From an uncultured Gemmatimonadales bacterium (GTDB lineage: Bacteria; Gemmatimonadota; Gemmatimonadetes; Gemmatimonadales; GWC2-71-9), in NCBI GenBank assembly GCA_963695555.1, contig CAVOGR010000001.1:640001-704000 (forward strand): DNA of 64,000 nt, read 5' to 3'. Shown here one piece after another: positions 21,836 to 31,304 of the stretch. Numbering within the stretch: position 1 is the stretch's first letter; each line of letters begins with the position of its first letter. The position numbers were made by a program, and so were the translations under genes. The notes below the pieces were generated by a model that was not told the origin of the DNA, did no database searches, and worked only from the letters and a program-made list of their open reading frames with translations.

Positions 21836-23746
21836 GACGTGGCTCCCTTCGCCAGATGGGCGAGTATGGCCTGGTGAATCATCTTGGGCTGGAGTGGCTC
21901 GCCCGGCACGCGTGTCCAGCAGTCGACATCGACCAGCGTCGTTGCCCGGAGCAGCCAGGCCAGCTGCCCCCGGCGTCGATTCTCGTCGGTAATGAACGGA
22001 TCGTCGGGCTCGTCGCTGTAGTTGATCTCGACGGTCATGACCTTGCCGAACCGGTGGAAGATATCTTTGAGGCCGGGCTCGAGCGGCGAGAGGAAGCGGA
22101 GGTGGAGCGAGGAAACCGCGAGGCCCTCCGCTCGTGCCCGATCGACCGCTTCATTGATGGCCCCCTCGGTGCTCCCCCAGCCCACGACCAAGAGATCGCC
22201 GGCGTCATCCCCACGGACCGTGGGAGGCCGGAGCGTGCTCTGAAAGACCGCCAGCTTGCGACTGCGCATGGCGCAGCCGAGCTGGTTCACTCCGGGGCCG
22301 TAGGCGACCTTGCTCCGCTCGTCGTGGGCCAGGCCGGTGGCGGTGAACATCCCGCCGGGTTGGCCGGGAATGATCCGGCGGGAGAGCCCGGCCTCCGGAT
22401 CCCATTGGTAGGGCAGGGTGCCCTCCGGAACGGGGCTCAGGTCGACCGGAGCGGCGATCCACTCCGTGGTCACCTCCGGCCGAAGGAAGGGCTGAACCCC
22501 GGTGGCCAGGTTGGCATCCGACAGCACCATCACGAGGCAGCGGAATGCCTCGGCGATGCGCCGGGCCGTGATCATGCAGGCAAAGCACTCTTCGATGGTG
22601 GCCGGGGCGAGGACGACGTGGGGCGTGTCGCCGGGCTGCCCGAAGATGGCGGCCAGGAGATCCGATTGCTCGACCTTGGTCGGCAGTCCCGTGCTCGGCC
22701 CGCCGCGTTGCACATCCACCAAGCACGAGCGGCGTTTCGGTCATGACGGCAAGGCCAAGGAACTCGGTCTTGAGCGCCAAGCCCGGGCCGGAGGTGATGG
22801 TGAACGCCACCTTGCCCGCGTAGGAGGCTCCGATCGCAACTCCCACCGCCGCGATCTCGTCCTCGGCCTGGTGGACGACGCCGCCAAAGTCCTCGAAGAC
22901 CTCGCTCAGGTAGTGCGACGCCGAGGTGGCCGGGGTGATGGGGTACATGGCACAGAGTTCCATGCCCGCCGCGATCGCGCCCAGGCCGACGGCTTGGTTG
23001 CCGTTCATGACGACCATGGCCCTCTCGCTCTTGGCGATGGGGACCTCAACCCGGAAATCCAGGTGGTCCTCAGCCCAGCGGATTCCAGCTTCCAGGAGGG
23101 CAATGTTGGTGTCGATCACCTCCTGTGACTTCTTTCGGAACTCATTGGCGATGAGCATGCGGAGGATGTCGGCGTCCCGGCCATACACGCCGGCCAACAG
23201 CCCGAGCGCGAACATGTTCTTACCGCGTGCCGGGATGTCCAGGATCTTCTGGCACTCCTCTTCCATCGGCACCCGAATAAACTGGTAGGAGCGCTGCCCC
23301 AGCTCCTCCATGGCCGTCTGCCACTCCTCGCGGATCGTGGGATCCTCGTGGGTTTCCCACTGGCTCTCGATCAGGATGATGGCGTCCTCGGCCAAGGCGT
23401 CGAGGCGATGGCGGGACAGCAACACCTGCTCGTTGAATGCCACCACTACGTTGGCGGCGTCACCCCAGTTGGTAACCGGCTCGGTGCCGATACGGATACG
23501 GTTGCCGCTCGCGCTGCCGGGCGTGCGGGCCGGCGGCTGGATTTCGGCGGGGATGATCTCGACCGTCCACACCCCGTTCCCCATGCGGGCCGACGTGCGA
23601 CCGAACAGCTGACCGCACTTCTGTGCGCCCTCGCCCGAGTCGGAGACGATCTCGACCGTGTGCTCGGGGACCCGGATCTGGGTCGGGGGTCCTTCGAGAA
23701 CGATGGCGGTCGCGGAGTCGACAGGGTTGGAGGCGGAGGAGTTCAT
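21832..23746 (-). CDS. korA: 2-oxoacid:ferredoxin oxidoreductase alpha subunit (gamma-alpha fused; one-base frameshift near 22721, probably a sequencing error)
   Basis: DSGEG, YPITPATS, QAEDEIAA, TSGPGLALK in one frame, continuing as VDVQRGGPSTGLPTK in the next; CTTGGTGGAT carries one extra base relative to CTG GTG GAT. Confidence 0.88.
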
Positions 23747-23849
23747 GGGTGTTCCGGTGCCAAAGTCGTGGATGGGTGGCCAGGTCAGGTCCCGGGCCAC
23801 ACACATTCTAGCTCGTGGAAGGCCCCAGTCGCAGTGACGCTCAACCACG

Positions 23850-23960
23850 TGTGAAGGCCCGGCCTGCTACCAGGTTCATGAAGCCGGGTAAATCCTTACG
23901 AATCTTAAACTAAGGCCAGCAATAATGGCATAAGAAACCATGAAGGAATCTTCATTGTTG
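23850..23960 (-). promoter_or_regulatory. AT-rich putative promoter region of the kor-rnf operon with inverted repeat ATGAAG-GAAT-CTTCAT (23940-23955)
   Basis: Local drop in GC upstream of korA; TAAGAT -10-like hexamer on the minus strand; short palindrome. Confidence 0.35.
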
Positions 23961-23962
23961 GC

Positions 23963-24895
23963 TCAAACAGGCCCCGCCGGGCGTGCCGCCAGTCGCAGCC
24001 CACCGAGCCTGGCGGCTATCCAACTCCAATTCACGAACAAGAGCAAGTGGAACATGCTCACGAAGAAGATTTGCATGCTCAACAAGATGGCCAGATGAAA
24101 GCCCACGGCGGCCGGGACGAGGATACGGCGCGCCATCTTCGAGAAGAGCGTCGTCACGAATACCAGCTCGAACAGGAATACGGCGACCGCCCCGAGTGTC
24201 GTCAGCACGGCAGACCCGGCGACGAGCGATCCCAGGTTGCTGACCTGGTGCCCGGGGACGATGTGGGCGAAGAGCACGGCTTGACGGCCGATTTGTTCCG
24301 GACTGAACCAGCCTAGTCCATGGTGATACAGCTTTCCCCAGAACCCGAACAGGTAGATCTGCGCCACGAAGAGCTGCATGAGGCGGAGCGGCCAGGTGTA
24401 CTCCCAGTGGGGTGCGATGGACGCCGCGCCACCGGTGCGACGGCCTACTCGCCAGACGTCGGCACACCTGGCCGCCGAGAGCACCACCAGGCTCAGGACC
24501 GCAATAGTGAAGCCCCGCGCGTGAGGGTCCGTTTCGACCAAGAACGTCTGGAGCGGCGCGAGGTGGTACAGCATCACCGCAGCCGCCAGCGCTGCCACGC
24601 GTGTCCAGAGCCCCAAGAGCACGGCCAGGAGGGCGACGAGCGCGAGTGCCTCGATGATCTGTTCCACCCCGGGGTGACCCGGGAAGATGAGAAAGCGCCA
24701 TTGGGCCGAGAGCCGTGCTTGCCACCAGAATCCCTGGGGAATACCGGACAGCGCCGCTATGTCCCAGGACCAGACAACCCACATTGCATGTGCCGCGATG
24801 ATAATACGCGCCGCCGACAGATTTGCGGCGGCGCCGGGCGTGTACCACAGTCGCTGCCACTCGTGTTTCAGCCACCCTAGCAATCGCGCACTCAT
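23963..24895 (-). CDS. HTTM / vitamin K-dependent carboxylase-like (SdpB-like) membrane protein, copy 2
   Basis: Multi-TM; NLSAARI, YTWPLRLMQL..AQIYLFGFWGKL, FELVF, GFHLAI; paralog of 27171..28106. Confidence 0.7.
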   Translation of the reverse strand: MSARLLGWLKHEWQRLWYTPGAAANLSAARIIIAAHAMWVVWSWDIAALSGIPQGFWWQARLSAQWRFLIFPGHPGVEQIIEALALVALLAVLLGLWTRVAALAAAVMLYHLAPLQTFLVETDPHARGFTIAVLSLVVLSAARCADVWRVGRRTGGAASIAPHWEYTWPLRLMQLFVAQIYLFGFWGKLYHHGLGWFSPEQIGRQAVLFAHIVPGHQVSNLGSLVAGSAVLTTLGAVAVFLFELVFVTTLFSKMARRILVPAAVGFHLAILLSMQIFFVSMFHLLLFVNWSWIAARLGGLRLAARPAGPV

Positions 24896-25548
24896 GGCGC
24901 GATGTACTCGAAGACGAGGCTGCGCGGTTGGTCCGCTGCCGCTTGTGGAGGCTCATCGAGGTTGGCGTGAAACTGGTAGATCCTGAGCCCCTTCACGTCG
25001 AGCGGGCTCATACTGTCGCCGTGCGTCCACACCGGCGGCAGCACCAGCCGGGGACGCGCGGCCAACGGCCCCCGGTCGCCAGGAAGGCGACGGCCCGCGT
25101 CCAGGTCTCCGCGTGCCCTGGCGATTTTGTCGAGGAGCCAGGGGGCCACTTGGGCGAATGCCTCCGGATTCCGACGGCGGGTCCGCTCGAGCCAGGTATG
25201 GAGGTCCATCCAGTCGATGGGATAGAGCGCTCGCAAGTCCAAGTCGTGCTCGACACCCTTGTCGTCGACGACGACGGGACGGAGGCCCGAATACTCAGCC
25301 ACGAAATACTCGTTGTCCATCGGCCAATGAGTGAAGGGCCACATTTCGTGCTGCATCGCCCCAACCGCCATGCTCACCACCACGGAGAATGCCACGAGGA
25401 GGCCCACCCCCCTGCGCCGCTCACCCGGCGAGCGGACGAGCAGGCTGCCGGCGCGTACCGCCAAAACGACGAAGGTAAGGAATACCACGAGCCGGGCCAT
25501 GTCCGCGATTGCCGTCAGACTCGACACTGGCCCTCGGATGTCTTGCAC
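24892..25548 (-). CDS. HTTM partner protein (SdpA-like), copy 2
   Basis: Two TM helices then HEMWPFTHWPM; paralog of 28103..28819; overlaps the HTTM gene start. Confidence 0.6.
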   Translation of the reverse strand: MQDIRGPVSSLTAIADMARLVVFLTFVVLAVRAGSLLVRSPGERRRGVGLLVAFSVVVSMAVGAMQHEMWPFTHWPMDNEYFVAEYSGLRPVVVDDKGVEHDLDLRALYPIDWMDLHTWLERTRRRNPEAFAQVAPWLLDKIARARGDLDAGRRLPGDRGPLAARPRLVLPPVWTHGDSMSPLDVKGLRIYQFHANLDEPPQAAADQPRSLVFEYIAP

Positions 25549-25647
25549 GGAGGGAGCATATTTTCGAGTGAATGCGTTGGCAGAGCCCGTGTGTCGTGAG
25601 CTCGGCGAAGGGTGGGGCGCAAGCTTAGGCGCTCACTTCGAGCGGAG

Positions 25648-25851
25648 TCACCCCGCGTCACCGGCACCACTCGACGACGTGGCAACCGCCTTTAAGGCAA
25701 AGCGCATGGCCTCACCGAGTAATTCGGGAGGATAGGCCTGGAGGAATGGTTCTGGAGGATCCACGTATAGCCAGAAGATCTCCATGCACTGTTCGTCGCT
25801 CAGCTCCTCGATCCAATCAGTGCCGGCTACGTCCGGGCTCTGTTGTGCCAT
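25648..25851 (-). CDS. 67-aa acidic hypothetical protein
   Basis: GGAG RBS 6 nt before ATG (MAQQSPD...); fills the intergenic gap on the cluster strand. Confidence 0.5.
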   Translation of the reverse strand: MAQQSPDVAGTDWIEELSDEQCMEIFWLYVDPPEPFLQAYPPELLGEAMRFALKAVATSSSGAGDAG

Positions 25852-25966
25852 CGACCGCTCCACGTCCGGAATAGGTGGTATGGGTGCGCGCTCCGGCCTG
25901 CAATCTGTGCGTGATAGCGGCACCAGGACAAGCGAATGAGGACCTCACACGTCGTGCGAGTGAGTC

Positions 25967-27154
25967 TCAGCTGCTTTCCGGCGTCCGCGTGGCGGGCAGA
26001 TCTCGGGAACCCATCAGCTTGACCGCGCCGGCAATCGGCAGCGCGCTCGCGACCAAGAGAGCCCGATATGCCGCTCTGACGGATACCCGCCAGGCTCGCC
26101 CCAGGCGAGGGAACCGGTGCTCCAGCCAGGCAATGAAGCGGTAGGGGGACGGCTCCAGGGTCCGTTGCCACACCTGATGGATCCAGAGCGCTCGGCGCTC
26201 CCGCCTGCCCAGCAGCAGCGCGAAGGTCCACTCGGCCAGGTCTCTGGCGCGGGCCGCGGAGACCGGAAGTCTCCGTGTTAGCTGCCTCACCAGGTAATGG
26301 GCGAGCGCCAGGTGGCGGAACCGATCGGCGGTCGGAACACCCGTCGACATTGCGTGCGCCATCGCAAGGACGTCGCCGAGTGGTGTTGCGTACTCGTGTT
26401 GATCGACTCGTGTCTTCAGCCCGGTCAGCTCCTCGGCCCCGCATGCTGCGACCGCATCGGCCACCACGATCACGTCCCGCAACCGACCCCGCCGGTTCGG
26501 ATGGTCCACCACGGCATGCCGGAGGACATGCCACAGATGATCAGCCGGCGCGAGCGCGTGCAGGCCGGAACAGCCGGGAACCGGCGTGAGCCCATGCCAC
26601 ACTCGCTCGGCGGGTGGCGTGCCGTCCGCGTCGAGGCTGAGGTGAATCTCGACTGGCAGGGCATTGGGCGTAATCCGGGCACCGAGATGCTGGGCGGTGC
26701 TGAAGATGGCGCCGTGGCCCCGCTCATCGAGGATGGTTGCCAGGGCCCCCGCCGCGGCCCCCGGTAGGAGGATGTCGACGTCGTTGAGGTCGACCGGCCC
26801 GGGGCCGACGAGCGCGGACAGCCCGCCCTTGAGCACGGCCGGGCGCCAGTCTCGCTCCAGCGCGATCCGCCCGAGCTCATGCAGTTGGCTCCGTGCGGAG
26901 AGGACCCGGGTCTGCTCGTCCAGGGCCCGCTCGCGGATCGCGTTCTGGACCTCCGAAGTAAGCTGCGGGAGATGACCCGTGGTCTCCAGGCATCGCTCGA
27001 GCCGGATGGCACAACGCTCGGCACGCAAGAACGCGTGCCATGTCGCGGGTGAGCAGGCAAGTGCCGGCTGCCACGTGGGTCCGGCGGGCAGGCCACTCAG
27101 CGTTCGCAGAGCCAGTTCGCGAAGTCGGAGTGCTCCGCGGGGCGATCCGCTCAT
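25967..27154 (-). CDS. Nucleotidyltransferase family protein (NTP_transf_5-like, as in lasso/RiPP clusters)
   Basis: VLKGG, DLNDVDILL and VEIHLSL motifs. Confidence 0.8.
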   Translation of the reverse strand: MSGSPRGALRLRELALRTLSGLPAGPTWQPALACSPATWHAFLRAERCAIRLERCLETTGHLPQLTSEVQNAIRERALDEQTRVLSARSQLHELGRIALERDWRPAVLKGGLSALVGPGPVDLNDVDILLPGAAAGALATILDERGHGAIFSTAQHLGARITPNALPVEIHLSLDADGTPPAERVWHGLTPVPGCSGLHALAPADHLWHVLRHAVVDHPNRRGRLRDVIVVADAVAACGAEELTGLKTRVDQHEYATPLGDVLAMAHAMSTGVPTADRFRHLALAHYLVRQLTRRLPVSAARARDLAEWTFALLLGRRERRALWIHQVWQRTLEPSPYRFIAWLEHRFPRLGRAWRVSVRAAYRALLVASALPIAGAVKLMGSRDLPATRTPESS

Positions 27155-27170
27155 GTCGGATGAAGTCGAA

Positions 27171-28106
27171 TCACGGCACAGCAGCGTGGAGCGGGACTCG
27201 AGGAGCGCCTGCCGGGCGCTTCAACGCCTTGAGCCACACCCAATCCCAGTTCACGAAGATCAGCAGAAGCAGCGCAGTGACGAAAGTCAAATTCATCGCA
27301 TATGCGATACCGATATGGAATGCCAGCGCGGCAGGCACGAACCAGCGCCGGGCCATGGACGAGAACATGACGGACACAAATCCGAACTCGAGGACGAGTG
27401 CGCCAATGGCGATTCCGAGGCAAATCGTGGGATGCGACGCGATCCAGAGCCCAAGCGCCTGGAAGCGGGCCACTTCGGGGTCCTGCACCAGATAGAGAAT
27501 CCAGCGCCGGATGTTGTCGGCGGACACCCAGTCCAATCCCGTCCGCACGATCTTCGACCAGCCGGAGAAGAGATAGATTTCGCATATCAGCAGCTGGATG
27601 AGTCGAAGCTGCCACGAGTAGGCCAATCCTGGGCTCGGCTCGCGGTTTCGGCCGGGTGTAATGAGGGAAAGGCGGTCATCGCAGCGCGACAGGGAAAGGA
27701 GGATGAGAGCCAAGACGGGAATGGTGAGACCGCGAACGTACGGCGTCGATATCCAGATGATCCCTTCGAGTGGCGCCAGGTGGTAGAGCAGGATCCCGGC
27801 TATGGCACAGCACACGCGGGCGTAGATACCTACCAACGCTCCGACGAGCGTGACGAGCGCCACGACGAGGAGAATACGCTCCAGTTCCGGGTGACCGGGG
27901 AAGACGAGGTACCGCCACATCGTGCTCGGGTCCACCCGAGACCAGAAGACTGACGGTAGCCCGGAAATGGCTGGGTAGTCGCGGGAGAGGAGGATCCAAA
28001 GAGCCTGGGCCGCTACCAGCACTCGAGCCACTGCCAGATTGAGCGCAGATGCGTGCTGGAACCAGAACCAATCCCAGGACGAGCCCCTGGGAGCCACGCC
28101 TGTCAT
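27171..28106 (-). CDS. HTTM / vitamin K-dependent carboxylase-like (SdpB-like) membrane protein, copy 1
   Basis: WDWFWF, NLAVARV, YSWQLRLIQL..EIYLFSGWSKI, LEFGF, AFHIGI. Confidence 0.72.
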   Translation of the reverse strand: MTGVAPRGSSWDWFWFQHASALNLAVARVLVAAQALWILLSRDYPAISGLPSVFWSRVDPSTMWRYLVFPGHPELERILLVVALVTLVGALVGIYARVCCAIAGILLYHLAPLEGIIWISTPYVRGLTIPVLALILLSLSRCDDRLSLITPGRNREPSPGLAYSWQLRLIQLLICEIYLFSGWSKIVRTGLDWVSADNIRRWILYLVQDPEVARFQALGLWIASHPTICLGIAIGALVLEFGFVSVMFSSMARRWFVPAALAFHIGIAYAMNLTFVTALLLLIFVNWDWVWLKALKRPAGAPRVPLHAAVP

Positions 28107-28819
28107 GGCGTCTGCTCCGGGAATTCGTGGAGCACCTCTCGGACGAGCTCGGTCCGGCCTTCATCGACATTCCACCATTCCCGAATGACCCGCACACCGA
28201 CGAACGGCTCGGCAGGGGCATCATCCGGCCGGGACCACACGGTGGGATGCAGCATGTGCTCCGGTGCGGTGAGCGGTCCGAGAAATCGATGGAGATACCC
28301 CACGCGGCGGCCCTGCCGTGCCTGGACTCGCCCTGCATTGGCACGATCGAGCAGCCAGCGGCTCGCCTCATCCTGCTCCGCGGGTGTCAGGGTGGTGAAT
28401 CGGAGATCGAGCCACGCGATCAGTTCTTCCCATTGGAGCGGATGCCAGGATCGAGAATCGACGACGTGTTCTTGGCCGTTCGCACCAATGGCGAACACGC
28501 GGGCGTGACCGACCTCGGGCGAGCGCACGTCGGGGATCATGGACCAGGCCGAGAACGGCCAGAGTTCTCGTCGCGAGAGTCCTGCTGCCATACTGATTCC
28601 CAGAGTGAACACCACGAGCGCATTGACGGCCCGCCGACGCGTGTACGATGATCGTCCGGTATGTTCCGTCCACCATACCCGTGCCGCCGAGAGAAGGAAC
28701 ACCACCCAGCCGAGGGCCGGCACCAGGTTCTTGACCCAGCGCGGGATGGTACTCTCCGCCATGAAATCTGGAATGCGCCGCTCTTGCACCGTCGCCCTCC
28801 GCAGTCGTGCTGCGATCAA
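28103..28819 (-). CDS. HTTM partner protein (SdpA-like), copy 1 (alternative start 28762)
   Basis: Two TM helices then RELWPFSAWSM; coupled to the HTTM gene by an ATGA overlap. Confidence 0.6.
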   Translation of the reverse strand: MIAARLRRATVQERRIPDFMAESTIPRWVKNLVPALGWVVFLLSAARVWWTEHTGRSSYTRRRAVNALVVFTLGISMAAGLSRRELWPFSAWSMIPDVRSPEVGHARVFAIGANGQEHVVDSRSWHPLQWEELIAWLDLRFTTLTPAEQDEASRWLLDRANAGRVQARQGRRVGYLHRFLGPLTAPEHMLHPTVWSRPDDAPAEPFVGVRVIREWWNVDEGRTELVREVLHEFPEQTP

Positions 28820-29748
28820 AGATGATTCGTGGGGCCGGTATCGGGCAGGACCGGCACCCGGCCACTCAGGTGAACCACTCCGTCCTTGCAGTAGAGCAGG
28901 GCGCCGTCTGCGGTGCGCGCGACCGTCCCGGCGCGCTCGGCCACCGTCTGGTGGCGGAATCCCGGCACGCTGGCATACTCTACGGGTTGGCCCATGTCGT
29001 CGAGCAGGGGCTCATGGAATCGGGGGACCAGGCCCGCCAGAAAGTGCCACACTCGCTCGACATCCCACTCGGCGAAATCGACCATGCGGCTTCCGGGCCC
29101 GATCATCGGAGCGGCGGTGGCTCGCTGGTGGTCTTGGGGAATCCGGGGGGCTGTCCCACGCTCGACGGCCTCGAGGGCCCGCCGCAGCAGGGCGCCGCCC
29201 TCATGGGCGTTCCGTCGGTTCAGGGCTTCGACGGGGTACCCCCGTGGCAGCGGCATAGCGTTCTGAAGGAGGATATCGCCGGTGTCGGCATGTTCATCCA
29301 CCCAGTGCACCGTCACCCCAGTCTCGCGATCGTCCTGATAGTAGATCCAAAACAAGGGAAGGACTCCCCGGTGCCGCGGCAGTAATGACGGATGGCTATT
29401 GATGGCACCGATCGCCGGCACCGCGAGGAATGCGGGCGGGAGAATCCAGCGATACCCCGCGATGCAAAAGAGATCCGGCTGGAGTTCCTCGAGGCGTTCG
29501 ACGATGCGGATATCGTTGCCGGAGCGTGCCGCCCAACACGGGATGGCATGCTCCCTGGCCACTGCGGTGAGGACGTCCGGGGTGCCAATTCTGAGTGCCC
29601 GGGCGGCCGCGGCGACGCGCCGGCGAACTCGCGATCCTCGCGCGAAGGAAGCCGCGCGGATGACGGCCACGACGCGATGCTCATCCACGATCGACCGTAA
29701 GTGCTCAGCCGAATACTCGCCGCCCATGCCGAAGAACGCGATTTTCAT
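28816..29748 (-). CDS. N10-formyl-THF-dependent formyltransferase (Fmt-like)
   Basis: MKIAFFG start, INSHPSLLPRHRG, GVTVHWVDEHADTGDIL. Confidence 0.88.
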   Translation of the reverse strand: MKIAFFGMGGEYSAEHLRSIVDEHRVVAVIRAASFARGSRVRRRVAAAARALRIGTPDVLTAVAREHAIPCWAARSGNDIRIVERLEELQPDLFCIAGYRWILPPAFLAVPAIGAINSHPSLLPRHRGVLPLFWIYYQDDRETGVTVHWVDEHADTGDILLQNAMPLPRGYPVEALNRRNAHEGGALLRRALEAVERGTAPRIPQDHQRATAAPMIGPGSRMVDFAEWDVERVWHFLAGLVPRFHEPLLDDMGQPVEYASVPGFRHQTVAERAGTVARTADGALLYCKDGVVHLSGRVPVLPDTGPTNHL

Positions 29749-29856
29749 CAGTGGGCGACTGTGTCTCGGGCAACGCGACGCACGATCAAGCCGGTGCGGT
29801 GACGCATGGGGTGTGGGATCGTTGGGCGGCGGGATATGTTTGGCCCATGCACACCG

Positions 29857-30513
29857 ATGGGTCTGAGTGACCCCGCGGCCGATCGATCGACGCCCATGGA
29901 GAACGAGGTGCGCCACGTGAGGCCGGACGACGCGCCTGCGGCGGCTCGAGTCCGGGTGGTGGAGCCGTCGGAGGTCCGGGCTGTTGCCTCGCTGCTCAAG
30001 CGCTCGAACGAAGTAATCGAATCGCGAATTGTCGGGGCGAGCATGGGTGCCACGATGCCGGCGGGGACTCGGATCCGCATCCGGTGCGGCGACGTGTCGG
30101 AATGGTCGATCGGCGCAGTCGTGGTCTTCTTCACGGGACGCACCCTAGTAGGACACCGAGTCGTCGCACGGGGAACGGGACGGGCCAAGGACTATTGGGT
30201 CACGCGGGGCGATGGTACGATCTTCTGTGATGCGCCGGTGCACCAAGACGTGATCCTCGGGGTGGTGACTGAGTGCGCGGGTGGAACCGACTGGCACCCG
30301 GTGCCCGCCTGTGTCCCGGCCGGCTCCGTTCGTCGACTGGCTGCAAGCGCCGCCGGCGCCATCCTTCGCTTATTGCTCAAAATCGACGTTGCCGTTGCCA
30401 CGCGGTGGGCCACGGGGACCGTTCGATTGGGCCATGGGTTCAGGCGGCTCCGTGGTGAGAAGCTCGGGACCCGGCCCGCCGCCGCCGGCCAGGACGACTC
30501 GCCCGGCGGCTAG
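29857..30513 (+). CDS. S24/S26 family (signal peptidase I-like, Ser-His) peptidase
   Basis: GASMGATM nucleophile box, VGHRVV, TRGD; start uncertain (29857 or 29896). Confidence 0.7.
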   Translation: MGLSDPAADRSTPMENEVRHVRPDDAPAAARVRVVEPSEVRAVASLLKRSNEVIESRIVGASMGATMPAGTRIRIRCGDVSEWSIGAVVVFFTGRTLVGHRVVARGTGRAKDYWVTRGDGTIFCDAPVHQDVILGVVTECAGGTDWHPVPACVPAGSVRRLAASAAGAILRLLLKIDVAVATRWATGTVRLGHGFRRLRGEKLGTRPAAAGQDDSPGG

Positions 30514-30521
30514 CTGCGGTC

Positions 30522-31304
30522 TCAATCGATTCCCAGTCGCTCCCGTACTGCGGCCCGGCGGGCATCGGACTGCTGGACCGCCACCTCGACCTCGCCCGGA
30601 TCGAAGCCCGCCTCGAGCCGCGCCTCCGTGGCCACCCCGTACTTCACGACGTTGGTGCCGCCCTTGGCGAAGACCTGCTCGAAGGCGCGCGCACCCTGGG
30701 TGAGGGCGCGGGACATGTGCAGCACGTTCCGCGGATCCTTGCCGAGTTGCTCCTTGATCCAGTCGTTGGCGAATCGGATGTGCAGCACTTCGTCGGCCTG
30801 CTGGGTCTCATACATCTCGGCGAGTTTGTCCTCGCCGTCCCGTCGGGCCTCCTCAATGGCGTGCGTGACCGCATCCAGTCCGTCGGCCTCGAAGGTCCGG
30901 TTTTGGACGGCGAGGCGCCCGACGAGCGTATCGATCTTCCGAAGAATCCGGTACTGGAAGTTCATCACCGGGTATTGGCCGACCTCTCCGCCACGTGCCT
31001 CGAGGAGCTCGCGGTAGGTGTCGACATGACGCGCTTCATCAGCAGCCTGCCGGGCCAACCAATACCGGATGTTCCAGTCGGCGTCCGGGAAGTCGGTGAT
31101 ATTGCTGGCCGCGTTTTCCAGGACGTTGCATTCCTCGTTCATCTGCCGGTGGAAGAACTCCATTTTCCACTCGGGATCATCCTCCGGCAGGTTGACCATG
31201 TCGACCCAGACTTCCTTCACGGTAAAGCGTTCGTCGCGCGCGGGACCCTCTCCGAAGAACGCAGGGTCGAGTGCCGGGTGGATCGTCGATGCCATGGTGT
31301 TCAC
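30522..31304 (-). CDS. Ferritin-like diiron protein (DUF455-like) A
   Basis: NEE...DEARH...FEA...DEVLH: full diiron carboxylate ligand set. Confidence 0.8.
   Translation of the reverse strand: MNTMASTIHPALDPAFFGEGPARDERFTVKEVWVDMVNLPEDDPEWKMEFFHRQMNEECNVLENAASNITDFPDADWNIRYWLARQAADEARHVDTYRELLEARGGEVGQYPVMNFQYRILRKIDTLVGRLAVQNRTFEADGLDAVTHAIEEARRDGEDKLAEMYETQQADEVLHIRFANDWIKEQLGKDPRNVLHMSRALTQGARAFEQVFAKGGTNVVKYGVATEARLEAGFDPGEVEVAVQQSDARRAAVRERLGID

Noticed and set aside
23940..23955. Rex or FNR/CRP site upstream of the kor-rnf operon
   Set aside because: The palindrome has 8 nt between TGA and TCA rather than 6, and the flanks do not match either consensus.
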